A DNA stretch of 64,000 nucleotides, from contig NC_135818.1 of assembly GCF_964213995.1 (NCBI RefSeq), forward strand, positions 44,826,001 through 44,890,000, in the 5' to 3' direction. This stretch comes from Mustelus asterias (lineage: Eukaryota). The translations under genes and the position numbers were made by a program. The notes under the pieces are model-generated. The model did no database searches. It saw only the letters and a program-made list of their open reading frames with translations, and was not told the DNA's origin. This document shows positions 37,115-49,600 of this stretch, one piece after another (positions within the stretch are counted from its first letter, which is position 1; each line of letters starts with the position of its first letter).

Positions 37115-37856
37115 ATTTACACAGCAAACTCCCACAAACAGCTTTGAGATAAATGATTAATTCATCTACTTTGGTGGTGTTGATTGAAGGATAGATATTG
37201 GCCAAGGCATGGAGATGATGCTTGGAATGAAGATATTGTCTTCTGAGGATAGGTTGAGCAGCTATGACCTGTACTCCTGGGAGTTTAGAAGAATGAGAGG
37301 TAATCTTATTCAGATTTATATGATCCTGAGGTGGCTTGAACAGGGTAGTTGCTGAAATGATGTCTCCCCTTGTGGACGAATGTAGAACTAGGAGATGCAG
37401 TTTAAAAATAAGTGGTCTCCCATTTAAGATGGAGATGAGGAGAATTTTATTTTCTCTCAGGACTTTGAAATCCTCTTCCCTAGAGAGCAGTGGTGACTGG
37501 GTGATTGAATATATTCAAGGGTGAGTGGAAAAGATTTTTGGTTGATGAAGGGAGTCAAGGGTTACGAGAGGCAGATGGGAAAGTGGAGTTAAAGCCACAA
37601 TCAAATCAGCCATGCTCCTATTGAATGACAGAGCAAGTTCAAGGGGCAGAATGGCCAACTATTTCTTATTATCTTATGAATCTTTTAAATCCATCTGAGT
37701 GAGCAGCTGGGGCCTTGGTTTAACACTTCACCTGAAACACAATGCAGGACTCCTTTATATCACTGAAGTGTCAATTATATCTCCATGTCCTGGAATGGAG
37801 CTTGAGCCCACAATTTCCTGATTTACAAGTGACTTTGCTGCCACCAAGTCAACCTG
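37115..37856 (-). mobile_element. Deu-domain SINE (SacSINE1/AmnSINE1-like) split by a CR1 fragment
   Basis: cagcaaactcccacaaacagc, tgattgaaggatagatattggcc, ggggccttggtttaac and tRNA-like head cttgagcccac. Confidence 0.65.
37215..37680 (+). mobile_element. CR1 LINE 3' fragment
   Basis: EFRRMRGNLIQIY...PFKMEMRR motifs and CR1 3' UTR. Confidence 0.75.
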
Positions 37857-37934
37857 AGAAGGAATTAAAGGATTTTTTTGATGGTTTGTGATTTTGAAGT
37901 TCAGCTCAGGTCCTGTGACCTGTTCTGCTCACTG

Positions 37935-38600
37935 ACCCACATTGGCTGCTGGTCAAGCAACGTCCTGATTTTAAAATTCACATCCTTGTTTTCAAATCCC
38001 TCCATCCCCTCACCTCTCCTTATTTCCAATCTCTTCCAGCCCCACATCTCTGAGCTACCAGCGCTCATTTCTTAAAAAATAATTCGTGGGGCATTGACGT
38101 CGCTGTCTGGCCAGCATTTATTGCCCGTCCCTAGTTGCCATTGACTTTGTAATGATTGATACAACTGAGTGGCTTGCTAGACTATTTCAGAGGGCAGCTG
38201 AGAGTCAGCCACATTTCTGGAGTCACATGTAGGCCAGACCAGATAAAGACAGCAGATTCCCTTCCCTAAAGAACATTAGTGAACCAGATGGGTTTTTCCA
38301 ACAATCGACAATGGTTTCATGGTCATATTCTTAATTCCAGATATTTTACTTTATTGAATTCAAATTCCACCATCTGTCCTGGTGGGATTTGAACCCGGGT
38401 CCCCAGAACGTTAGTTGAGTTTCTGGATTAATAGTCTAGCGATAATACCATTAGGCCATCGCCTCCCCATTTAATCCTGATCTCTTGTGCTCGATTTTGG
38501 TCTCGCATTGGGTTGCCTCGGAACCTACTCTCTGGAATTCCCTGCCCCCTTCTCATCTCTCTGCCTCACTTTCCTCCTATGCGACACACGTGAAAACTAG
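37935..38600 (+). mobile_element. Old L2-like LINE 3' fragment split by SINE family B
   Basis: HWLLVKQRPDFKIHILVFKSLH and LWNSLP motifs. Confidence 0.6.
38068..38468 (-). mobile_element. tRNA-derived SINE family B, full length
   Basis: ggggaggcgatggcctaatgg head, B-box ggttcaaatcc, LINE-derived tail. Confidence 0.85.
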
Positions 38601-39768
38601 CGTACTACCAGTCCTCACAGTTAAAACTCAAAACACCCCCAACCCCCCCTCCCCCACACCCTCCCCACTCCCGCCACCCCCCGCCCACTACGACAGGAAA
38701 ACTCTGCTGTATGTCTTTCACTAAAAGGCTCACACCTCCTTTTCCATATCTATGAAGAAAATCAACATGCAGAACTCCATATAATCCTAACCGATCGAAC
38801 ATGTCACAGACTCTGCTTTTTGAAGAAATCAATTAGAATTTCACTAACAGATTAGTATCCCATTATTGTAATCATAAACAAACCATCCAGATCCAGTTCT
38901 GCCTGTAATTAATGTATTTTTTTTTGAACAAATATGTGTTTGCTGTTTCATACTGGTGCACTAATTAAAGCTGAAGTAAATTAATTGAGAGACGCATTCG
39001 TTCAATTTTGGTTAGCTAAGTGGCACTAGAAAGGTGATGAGTGTTAATGAAGTCAAAGCTGGAATAGAAATACAGTTGAATGTAAGTGACGTATTCTAAA
39101 TGTTGTAATAGCTTTTGATTTCTGTGTAAGCAACGTGTACTTTGGAGGGAGTGAAGTTTTTCTAATTTTATTGATGAATTATGATGACAGAGCACGTCGC
39201 AGTCTGGCCAATGTCACTCTCCGTTTATATTTCTGGCAAAGGATTAGTAGAGCAGTAAATCTTTGGGTGGACACAAACTGCAAATCATCCAGGAGGAAGG
39301 AGGGAAACCCCAATTCATCAAAGTCAGACTGCACACTCCAAAATGACGTCATTTTCTTAATTTGATGCAGAATTCATGTTAAGCGTAAGCTCTAATTTGA
39401 CTCTCCATGCCAAATTAAGTAAAATTAAAAGCATCTTTAGAAATAGCTGTCAAACGATGTCAATTAAATGCTATATCACACTGATATATCTGCACGTAAC
39501 CTGCACTAATGTGGTTAGGGTGTGTCCTAACATGAATGTACTTTGCAGTAACTTCATAAAACACTTCTGTTGAATGGAACATTGGAGAAGTGGATGCAAG
39601 TGTAAAATTTAGATGGGGGTGATTATTCTTTTCTTGGCAGTTTGGACCTGAGCAAACAGATCAGAGATACATTTCACCAGACCTTTACCACTTTTACCTT
39701 TCTTCACCTTTCCCCAACGGGCTGGACGTTGGCATTGCGGATAGGTTGGGAAATTGGCATATCTGTGG

Positions 39769-40578
39769 TGTGGTGATATAAACAGGGCCTAGTTTTAAGG
39801 CTGATGAAATTGGATATCCTAAATTAAAGAATTGGGCATGTTAAAATCAAACACAGCCAAACCTCAGGCAGGCCCATTATACAAATACACAAACGTGTCT
39901 GGGCCTGACCCATCAACCATCCATCACAGGTCGTTGCACTCTACTGATACTTAGCAGGAGATCATTGCACCTCATTGAAATGCACCGGCCTATTGTTAGA
40001 AACCCAGATCGGGCCAGACTTTCTGTCACCGAAAGCTCCTGCAGTTACATGTGAGCAACAACATGGAGATGGACACCTGGGGGGCGGACCCTGGTGTTCT
40101 GTCAGGCAGACATCAAGAAACCCACTGAGTATTGGAACCCCCTCCTGGGACTTCATTGGCCGGAAGCCAGAGACGTTTCTGGAAAGGCAAGCAGCCAGGG
40201 AGATAAAGGAACACATTTTCAGACAGACGAGGAGCGAAGACTCGATGAGGGAGACGACCTTGACCATTTGGAAGACTGACCAGAGAAGGAAGGAAGGAAG
40301 TAGCTGCCATCGAGACTCACCTTCGTGACGACGGACCAGAGGGACTCAGAGAATCGGGCCTGCAGTTTAACCAAACCATCTTTGCGGGTAGTATACTTGA
40401 ATCTGGGGTATCCTCTTGTTTTATGGGGTAATTTAAGGGTTAATAGTGTTATTATTAATAAACTTGTTGAACCTTTACTTGTGTTTGTCCTTTGCCCATC
40501 TTGCAAATAAGGACATCAGGGTAAAACCTTGTAGTAAGCAAACTGGTCGAAAGTATCTGAGAATTCACAGGTATAACA
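39769..40578 (+). mobile_element. Solo LTR (810 bp)
   Basis: TG...CA termini (tgtggtgatata...gtataaca); 4-bp TSD GTGG; AATAAA at 40457. Confidence 0.75.
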
Positions 40579-41158
40579 GTGGCTACAGTGAACAACCATT
40601 TAAATGGAGTTAGATGAGTTTCTCAGCTATGTGGCCTCACTTTGCTGAAGTTTCAGCAAAACAATGTCCAGATGCAGAAACTTTCTTTGGATCTTGCACC
40701 TGGACCCTTTCAGATTCACTAATCTAAAGTTGGTAGACAGCAAGACAAGGGAGGTTTAGAAAACTATGTTTGTCATCCAACTGTCCTTGTATCTTTATGT
40801 ACAGAGGCCACAGCAACCATTCAAGTGCCTCTGTCTCTTTGTCCTACTGCTGTGCCCATACTTTCTAAGTGGTCATTCAAATTAGTTGAGTCTGCTCAGC
40901 AACTGTCCTCCAACTTGTTATTACCCTCAACTGGCAGTACAAGTATCTGAGCTGGTGGCTGTAAGTGTCAACAGAAATGAAGGAACTTCTTCATCAGAGG
41001 TCTGGTATGCTCTCGCCCTTCACTGTGAGACTACATTCTATGGCCTGACAGCAAACCTTGAGTGCCTGAAAATGCAGAAGTGGATGTAAAATGGGTTGGG
41101 GTGGAAAGGGTTGGGAGGCAAGGTGGCACAATGGTTAGCACTGTTGCCTCACAGCGCC

Positions 41159-41442
41159 TAGCTTGTAGAATCTCACTAGCTGTTCTGTCTGGAGACAATA
41201 CACATCTCTTTAACCTGTGTTGAATGCTCCCTCCACCCACATTATCTGTACCTTTAAGGCCTGGCTGGCTGTAGAGATTTGCATTCTAATTAGTATTCTG
41301 TAACTTGATTTCTGTGTCTGTGCACTGTTGGAGAACAGATATCCACTCCATCTGATGAAGGAGCTGTGCTCCGAAAGCTTATGATATTTGCTACCAAATA
41401 AACCTGTTGGACTTTAACCTGGTGTTGTGAGACTTCTTACTG
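41159..41442 (+). mobile_element. Short PLE terminal insertion
   Basis: Perfect 14-bp TSD tgcctcacagcgcc; ends in ccaaataaacctgttggactttaacctggtgttgt, shared with 48337-48522. Confidence 0.85.
41349..41383 (+). ncRNA. Minimal type I hammerhead ribozyme motif
   Basis: cat-CTGATGA-a-ggagc(tgt)gctcc-GAAA-gc-TT-atg: core boxes, 5-bp stem II, palindromic AGCT stem III, stem I cat/atg. Confidence 0.75.
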
Positions 41443-43140
41443 TGCCTCACAGCGCCAGGGACCTGGGTTCGATTCTTGGCTTGGGTCACGGTGTGGAGTT
41501 TAGACTTTCTCTCTGTTTCTGTGTGGGTTTCCTCCGGGTGCTCTGGTTTCCTCCCACAGTCCAAAGATGTGCAGGTTAGGTGGATAGGCCATGCTAAATT
41601 GCCCCTTCGTGTCAGGGAGACCAGATACGGTAAATGCATGGGGTTATGGGGATAGGGCTTGGCTGGGATTATGCTCAGTGCAGACTCGATGGGAAAAATA
41701 GCCTCCTTCTGCACTGTAGGATTCTATGATTCTATGAAAGCAAAAAGTCCATGATCAGACCATCTGCAGTTTGCACTTCATGTCAGGTAGCAGGATAAGG
41801 GTGAAGTAACACTTGGGAAGGGGAACTAGACAGAAATATCCCACTATCCTGAATATTCTCATGTAATGGCCTCAGTTGCAGCCAAGCCAAAGATGTTTCC
41901 TCCAAAGGAGAAGCAGGTATATCTGTCTCTCACATGCTCTCTACTGCTCCCTATGGTTACCTACTGCTTTCACCTCCAGGAAGGAGAGAAGAATGGCAGT
42001 GATTGTTTTATTATGTGTTGGATGAAATGCCTGCCATAGCTGTAAATATGCAGGTATGTGGAAGCTGCAAGGTTCGGTTATGAGTTTGACAGCATTGACA
42101 AGTCTTGTGAGAGTGATGTGGAGTTAGGCATGAGTCCTGGTTGCGGCAAGGGGTGTAATGCATTGAATAATATCAGAGGTTAGTGCCCCAATTGAAGATT
42201 AATTCACTGAACTTGAATGCATTTGTTAGGTCATTTAATTTTTTCTAGCACTACCTCCATAAAAGTCACAATCTCAAACCTGGCCCCCACCTTCCTTACA
42301 CCCCCTACACTGGGGCTTTCCAGCCAGGGCTCCACCAATATCTGGGACTTCCCTGAAGTCCAGTTTCCATTTGATCCTCTTCTACAGTCCCAGGAATAGC
42401 CAACACTCAAACCTGATGCTGCCAGGACTACAGAGCTGCTGATTGGATAGACCAACAGCTCCCTAATGTGGGGCAACAGATGAAAGTGGAGGTCACAGCC
42501 TATTAAAGTCCGGCAGAGCGTTAAATAACCGCAGGGCAGCTGGAACCGCCGGGGATGCATTCCCATCGATTCTTTAGCTGGGCCATCCAAAAACCCCTGC
42601 CCCTGGTATTTTTACCCATGGCTAATGCTATTCCTTCACAGCTTAACATGGATTTCAATGTCATATGTGACTTTGAGAAATTAAGCTGTCTGAAAGGAAG
42701 GTAAATTGGACAGCAACATCCGCTGTTAACGCATGAAATATGAACTCAATTCGAATTGCTCCATAATAACGCCAAGCATTCTTAAGCTTGTCATTATTCT
42801 GAATGCAAAATCTGAGCTATCTATAAGATGCCACTGTCACATTTCAGTATTTAAACAATGAGATGATAATATGACCACATCATTACTAATAATAGTGCAC
42901 CTGCAGAATTAATGAATTAAAATCTTATCCACTTTTTAATTGGAGTTGAGTTTCATTTTATATTTTAACAAAATTTATTCTTTATCTTTTGAAATGAACA
43001 ATATATCTGATATTAATTCTTGGTTTGGTTTGACAAGAATATGCCAATGTTTCAAATCCAGTAAGTGTTTCATGTACTTAATAGTGGAACTATTAGTAAA
43101 ATGCGTTATAATGCTAACCTATATTGAAGGCTAGATTTAT

Positions 43141-43457
43141 GGAGGCACAGTGGCAGAGTGATTACCACTGCTGCTTCACGGTGCCAGGGACCGGGGTTCA
43201 ATTCTGGCCTTGGGTCACTGTCTGTGTGGAGTTTGCACATTCTCCCCGTGTCTGCATGGGTTTCCTCTGGGTGCTCCAGTTTCCTCCCACAGTCCAAAGA
43301 TGTGCAGGTTAGGTTGATTGGTCATGCTAAATTGCCCCTTAGGGAGATAAGCAGGTAAATATGTGGGGTTACGGGGATAGGACCTGGGTGGAATTGTTGT
43401 CGGTGCAGGCTCGATGGGTTGAATGGCTTCCTTCTGCACTGTAGGGATTCTATGATT
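43141..43457 (+). mobile_element. HE1-type V-SINE
   Basis: Full architecture. Confidence 0.9.
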
Positions 43458-43799
43458 GAATATAACCCAGTGACATCAACATTTCTCTCAAGGTCCCAGC
43501 TGAAATGAACGTTCTAACTATGAGAACCCACTTGTGTGCTGCCCATATCATTTTGCAGTAAATTGGCAAACTTACTCAGAGCTCCTGAGAATAACCAATC
43601 TTGAAATTTGTTATGTGGCACAGATGTGAATGGGGACAAAATGTATTCCTGATTCAGTATATGTGTAACCTCATTCTTCACCGGTATTGCAGTTATTATT
43701 CTGTACGTGCAATACAGTTAAATTGGAGAATGTGATACCAACACTGTTGTGAATGCTGAAATAGTGGGCTGGATTTGATCATTGTGGCAACCGATAGAC

Positions 43800-44068
43800 T
43801 TTGATTTGATTTGATTTATTATTGTCACATGTATTAGTATACAGTGAAAAGTATTGTTTCTTGCGTGCTATAACAGACAAAGCATATTATATATAGAGAA
43901 GGAAAAGAGAGAGTGCAGAATGTTACAGTCATAACTAGGGTGTAGAGAAAGATCAACTTAATGCAAGGTAGGTCCATTCAAAAGTCTGACAGCAGCAGGG
44001 AAGAAGCTGTTTTTGAGTCAGTTGGTACGTGATCTCAGACTTTTGTATCTTTTTCCTGAAGGAAGCAG
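43800..44068 (-). mobile_element. Rex1/Babar LINE 3' end
   Basis: FHLLPSGKRYKSLRSRTN motif; (aaatc)n tail; matches 3373-3702. Confidence 0.85.
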
Positions 44069-44402
44069 ATGAAACATCTTCACTTCCAGCAGACTGCAAG
44101 ACCAAAGGTTGTATCTTGTCAGCAGCAACCGGGTAATTGGCTGGCACTGGGGTATCCATCCCTTTGAAGGATGGCTGCTTGCCCCCAATAGCTGCCAGCC
44201 CATCAAAGAGCCAGCAGTTTAACAACCGCAACAGTGCCACAAGGCGTGATGGCTGATGCTGGGAGTGCACCTGGAAGAGCAGAATGTTTTGGATGGACTC
44301 ACAAGCAGGTAAATGGGATTTGGGGGCACTGGGGTCAATCAGACAGGCCCCAGCAAGGGGGAGAGGAGCTTTGGTGAGGGTGTGGCGGTTGGTGAGGGCT
44401 GG

Positions 44403-44694
44403 AGCCTCACAGCACTAGGCATCCGGGTTCAATTCCCAGCTTGGGTTACTGTCTGTGTGAAGTTTGCAAGTTCTCCCCATTTCTGCATGAGTTTCCTCCG
44501 GTTGCTCCGGTTTCCTCCCACAGTCCAAAGATGTGCTGGTTAGGTGGATTGGCCGTGCTAAATTGCCCCTTAGTGTCGGGGGACTAGCTAGGGTAAATGC
44601 ATGGGGTTATGGGGATAGAGCCTGGGTGGGATTGTGATTGGTGTGGACACGATGGGTCTTCTTCTGCACTGTAAGATTCTATGATTCTATGATT
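44403..44694 (+). mobile_element. HE1-type V-SINE, slightly 5'-truncated
   Basis: B-box, V-domain, (attctatg)n tail. Confidence 0.85.
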
Positions 44695-45425
44695 GCTACA
44701 GGGATGGTCATCATTCATCCATGGGCTAAATAGAGCTCGAATAGCAGGCTGCCAGAGTTCACCTGGCATGCTCCCCATGTAGTGGAAGCTGCCCTACCAT
44801 AAAATGCAAACAATGTTAAAAAGAGAGCTGTATTGACCAGCTAAGTGATTCAATTTGCCTCCTAGTGCAAGGCTCATTCAAAACCTTCCATGTTGCTGGT
44901 ATGATGAAATGAAAATGGGCAGATGACAGGAATGTGATTTTACATGTTCCACATCGCATGTCTCCTAACTTATTCTCAGAGGATTGGTAAATCCATCCCA
45001 AAGTGTTCTTTATCATTAGCTATTAGCTTTGCTGAACACAAACATTTTAAAGAAAGAAGTTTAAAGAATGATATGTTGCAGTAGTGTAGATATGTTTAGG
45101 AACTTTTAAAGAATAATGCGTAAATATCATTTTTAAAATGAAGCATTCGTTTTACTGTCAGATTATTTGTTTGATAACACCAGGTAAGAGTGTTATTGAT
45201 TTAATTAAAGAGCAAATATTGTTTGTTCAAATATCACAAAAATGGAATGCTCTCATAGAAAAACATCTCTCAAATTTCAAATCCTTGCTCGAGGCAGAAC
45301 TTTATGTGGGATGTATAATAGGTTACCCAAATACTGAAACATATTACAACTTTGAATAAATTCATATGTTATTTCCATGACAACAGCAAGTGAAGTAGAA
45401 AAGAGTAACTTTGCCATTTTGCAAC

Positions 45426-46335
45426 TGTCAGATGATGGAGGAAAAACCCTGAATTATGCACGGACATACTGAAATTTGAAATAAAACCTGTCGTTTTAAA
45501 AATGGACATGCAAACCAAAGATGGCGAAGGATGCAAATCCAGTCACTGGCTGAGTTGCTGGTGGGTGATACTAAGAGATAAACAATGGAATCAGGCGGTG
45601 TCAACAGACAAGGATGCATCAAAAGTACAAAGTCAATCCTGAAACTAACTGCCATCTCCTGTTGAGATAATGGGGGCTGATTATCTCTCAGTGGGAATGA
45701 TATCCTGAGTAATATCCTATTATGGTTTCCACCTTCCAGGAACATACAAATATTGGGTGTGTCAATGTGTGACGCAGGAGGAAATAAATAACTGAATCAT
45801 GTAACCTTCAGAGACAACTCTCTCTACAATTGGTGAAGCAAGTCAAGTTAGAAAAAGCCACAGCTAGAATGGAAACAGGCAGCTTCTCAGCCAAGCAGGC
45901 AGAACACTAGAGTCTCAAAACCAGCAATTCACTTGTAGAAGTCAGCACTACTGGAATTATGAAACACAACAGCCACAACGTTCTGCCATTTACTCTTCAT
46001 GGACGGTTCAAAAACTGATCCATACAATTTGTATTTATTTTCAGAATCAATTCTCATGTCTAACCTTTGCAAATGTATATGAATGTGCTTTATCATTTTT
46101 CTCACATTTAGTAGCTAATAAACTCACTCTCTCTTTAACTCAAGAAAGCCTGGTTAAATTGGCTCCTTTTAAACCATAAATATTGGGCTTAGAAAAGCCA
46201 ACCTCAAATCAATCCTGTTGCAACTAAGGGGGAAGAAGAAGAAGGGGGAGGTTGAATAAAGAAAGAAAACTAGTTCATCTCTTCTCACTTGGGATAACAA
46301 ATTTGGGGAAACTCGCCTCGAGACTAGTCATAACA
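45426..46335 (+). mobile_element. Solo LTR (910 bp), older
   Basis: TGTCA...ATAACA termini; 4-bp TSD caac/cgac (one CpG-type change); AATAAA at 46117. Confidence 0.55.
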
Positions 46336-46849
46336 CGACCATGGTAAGACTATGTGAAAAAAAATCAGAAATGGGATTTGATATTAATGTGAAAGACTGA
46401 CAGTTTGAGACTTTGATCTCTTCACAAGTCTTACTGCTCTCTGGATAGCCATCGGAGGAAACATCGATAATCTTTTGAATACTTAGACACACGGAGCTGT
46501 GTTGCCAGAAATGGGTGCTGCAATGTGTGATCTGTCTACACCCATTCTCTTGCTGTAGGCAGCATGCAAACCTTATACTGCTTCTTCATTTCAATAATTT
46601 TGGCCTTCAGTCTGTGACAATTGCTTTATTTGTCACAATGCCATTGTGACCATTGCTGTAAACTAACTTTATTTCAAACACATTTTCAGAACATGAACAC
46701 ACAACTACAAGACATCCGCAGCCTTGCTACAATCTACACTAACATGTGCTATTGACCTCTGACCTCCAGGTCAGGTGACGCCACATTGTTCAGAATGTAC
46801 CCTATTGTATTTAATATTGGAATCCATTACCACAATCACCCCATTCCCT

Positions 46850-47300
46850 TGACAGCTACATTTCAGACTAGTTCCTGTCAGAATAGAATAGGTTGCGAGA
46901 ATAGCCTGCGCAAGTACACAAAGTATCTTTGTGGGCCTTCTCCAGCTCTGTGTCACTTTCAGTCCTTAGATTGTTTTCCAGACTCTCAGTCTTTGTCTCA
47001 TTATCTAATGCTTCACTGGTGGATTCTGGTTCTTGATCTTCAGTTACACTGTCTGGTTCAGAGCAGGGTCACATTTTCCTAGTTTTCAGTAGGAATTTCC
47101 GGTTTCTCCTGTACTGTTATCCATTTGGAGTCTACACAATGTAAGACCTTGATTTTCCTGTGAGTCCCATGACAGCAGCAGGATTCCAGATCCCTTCCTG
47201 TTGAATCCTCATTGTCTGTCCCATGTTCAGTTCAGATAGAGTTCAGGCTCCTTAGCCAAAGTGTTATTTCTGCTTCTGCTGTCTCAGTTTGAGCAAGTCC
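46850..47300 (-). pseudogene. Gypsy integrase C-terminal remnant
   Basis: QQKQK..LSELNMGQTMRIQ..WNPA..RSYIV..G.QYRRNRKFL with stops. Confidence 0.65.
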
Positions 47301-47319
47301 TGCACGTGGTAGCTCACTG

Positions 47320-47710
47320 ATTGGTTGGTGGGTAGGGTGGTAGGTTGGGAGATGGGCATATATTAGTTGGATAGGGTGGTAGGGTGGTATGTGTGTAGGT
47401 GGGTGAGATGGTTGCTGAGTAAGGCAGCAGATGGGTAGGGTGGATAGGATGTCAAGTGGGTGAAGTAGTTGGTGGGTAGGATGGCAGGTGGGTAGGCTGG
47501 TAGGGCATTGATAGGTAAAGCGAGATCATTAGGTTGCCAGGTGGCTGAGTTGGCAGGTGGTCAGAGATAGTTGGGTCAGGAAGGGACAAGCAGTCAGGCT
47601 GGGGATGAGTCAGATCAGGTTGGGGGGGTAGTCGGATGGTAGTGAATCGTCAGGTCTGGTTGAAGCAGGTAGTTGGTTTGAGTCGGGGATTGGGGGTGAG
47701 TTGGGGGCTG
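47320..47710. repeat. GT/G-rich degenerate tandem tract
   Basis: Repeated gggtagggtggtagg-like units. Confidence 0.6.
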
Positions 47711-47893
47711 CCAGTGTGAGTGATTGGGGAGAGGGGGAATCTGTACTTCACCAAGGTGTGGACTCGAATTGTTGTGCCTGACTGTTCCTGGATAATTATT
47801 CAGCTAAGTCCTGTGGAACTGCCCAAAGTCTCTGACTCCAATTCAGAGTCGGAGACATTCACAGAGGTTCCTGAGGAACAGGAATTTAAACTT

Positions 47894-48127
47894 TGTGGTA
47901 AACCACTGTTAGCTTATTACCTGTATATGTGACATGCCTGGACACATCCCTGCCGGCCCTACCTGAGACTCCTCCCCCCCCGGTCCAGGTATAAAGGCGA
48001 CTGCTCCCCACCCCCCTGCCTCAGTCTGGACCAGTTCATCGGCATGGGTGTGCTCCAAGTCTTTTGCTAATAAAAGCCTATTTGTTCTTGCATACAAACT
48101 AGTCTTTGCTCGATTGATGGTGCATCA
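47894..48127 (+). mobile_element. Solo LTR (234 bp)
   Basis: TG...CA termini; 5-bp TSD AACTT; TATAAA at 47990; AATAAA at 48069. Confidence 0.88.
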
Positions 48128-48336
48128 AACTTCCTGGACATTTCGACAGAAGTCAGCACATTGAGAGAGCCACAGATCCCAGCATGTACATTGGGCCATG
48201 CATCGGATCACCGACAATCCAGAGACCGGAAGATCTGTGCCAATATTAATAAGACCTGTGCATTTTTTGATATCATGCAAGTGGTGTCTGAGATTTTTGA
48301 AGAGCCAATTAGAATGGTGTCACTGGGATTTTCCAT

Positions 48337-48522
48337 GTAAGAAGTTTAACAACACCAGGTTAAAGTCCAACAGGTTTATTTGGTAGCAAAAGCCACACAA
48401 GCTTTCGGAGCTCCAAGCCCCTTCGTCAGGTGAAGAAGGGGCCTGGAGCTCCGAAAGCTTGTGTGGCTTTTGCTACCAAATAAACCTGTTGGACTTTAAC
48501 CTGGTGTTGTTAAACTTCTTAC
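48337..48522. mobile_element. Fold-back (inverted) PLE terminal insertion
   Basis: 88-bp arms with one mismatch and a 10-nt spacer; TSD ggattttccat(gta). Confidence 0.92.
48396..48432 (-). ncRNA. Minimal type I hammerhead ribozyme motif
   Basis: cac-CTGACGA-a-ggggct(tgg)agctcc-GAAA-gc-TT-gtg on the minus strand. Confidence 0.78.
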
Positions 48523-48706
48523 TGGATTTTCCATGTAGCCAGATCTGACAGCACCAAGCTGCCCATTGAAATTACTGTGGGAACTGTCCAATACTTTCTC
48601 CAGCTGAAGATCAAACTGATCTACTGTCAGAAAGGTCAATAATACCTTTGCCAATCTGAAGACTCAGGTGATCCAGCATAGCAATTCCTCCAATCTAACA
48701 CTCATT

Positions 48707-49600
48707 GGGGTTAACTTTCAACCCCAGTTTGCCATCAGAGAGAACCGTGATGTGGATGGAGAATCCCAAGAGAATCGAGAAATGTGATTCCCTCTGGAGA
48801 TACCGGGTTTCCCCATCCCTCGCTGATGATATCACGAGGTTTGTGACGCGAAGGCCAAGAACCTCACTTTAATAGAGTTAGGTACGTTTTAATGTCATTA
48901 CTCAGCCGTCCCGCCCTGCACCACCCACTGAATATTGCCGATGTGATTTCACTTTTTAAAAACGAGATTCAGTCATGGGAATCATTCCGGGGGGCACAAA
49001 GGTAAGTAAAGCCCCTGGTGGAGAGGGACATGCCCGGGACTATACCCTGACACTGCCCCTAGGCACAGATTGGCACTGCTTGGATTTCACAGTGCCAGCC
49101 TGGCAGTGCCAAACTGTGCCAGGGCAGTGCCAGGAATGGGCACTCTTGGAAGCCCCGTGAGGGTGGTTTATGCGTGGTGGGGCAGACAATGGGCAGTGAG
49201 GGGGGAGCTTGCAGGCACGGGAAAGTGGGCAGTGACGGGTGGAATGTCAGCGATACTTCCGCAGTGTTGCTGGGGGGTGGAGCCCGCCGATGATTGTGTT
49301 GGAGTGGTAGTGGTGAGCCCCCAATAACTCCATGATGGGGGTCGGGGTGGGGGGTGGGGGGGGGAGAGTTCCACTTCAGCTCTGATCCAGAGCCTTTTAA
49401 TGATGGCCCCCCCGATCACTGTGGAGCCTTCCTGGCTCCATCCGGCCCCATCCCACCAGAGTGACAGCTTAAACCCCAGCTCTCATTATCTCTACTCAGA
49501 GATGCTGAAGATCTGGAGAGAAAACTGGTTTGTGCAAAAATCAAGGAGCTTCATGTTGGCTTTCAGTCTGAGCCTTTGGGGCCCAATGTTTCATCTTGCT
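48707..49600. mobile_element. Harbinger-type non-autonomous element
   Basis: GC-rich interior with ggcactg/cagtgcc motifs shared with 569-1099 and 6198-7710. Confidence 0.5.

Larger units (their letters stand above)
41117..41736 (+). mobile_element. HE1-type V-SINE split by a PLE insertion
   Basis: Head 41117-41158, remainder from 41443. Confidence 0.9.
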
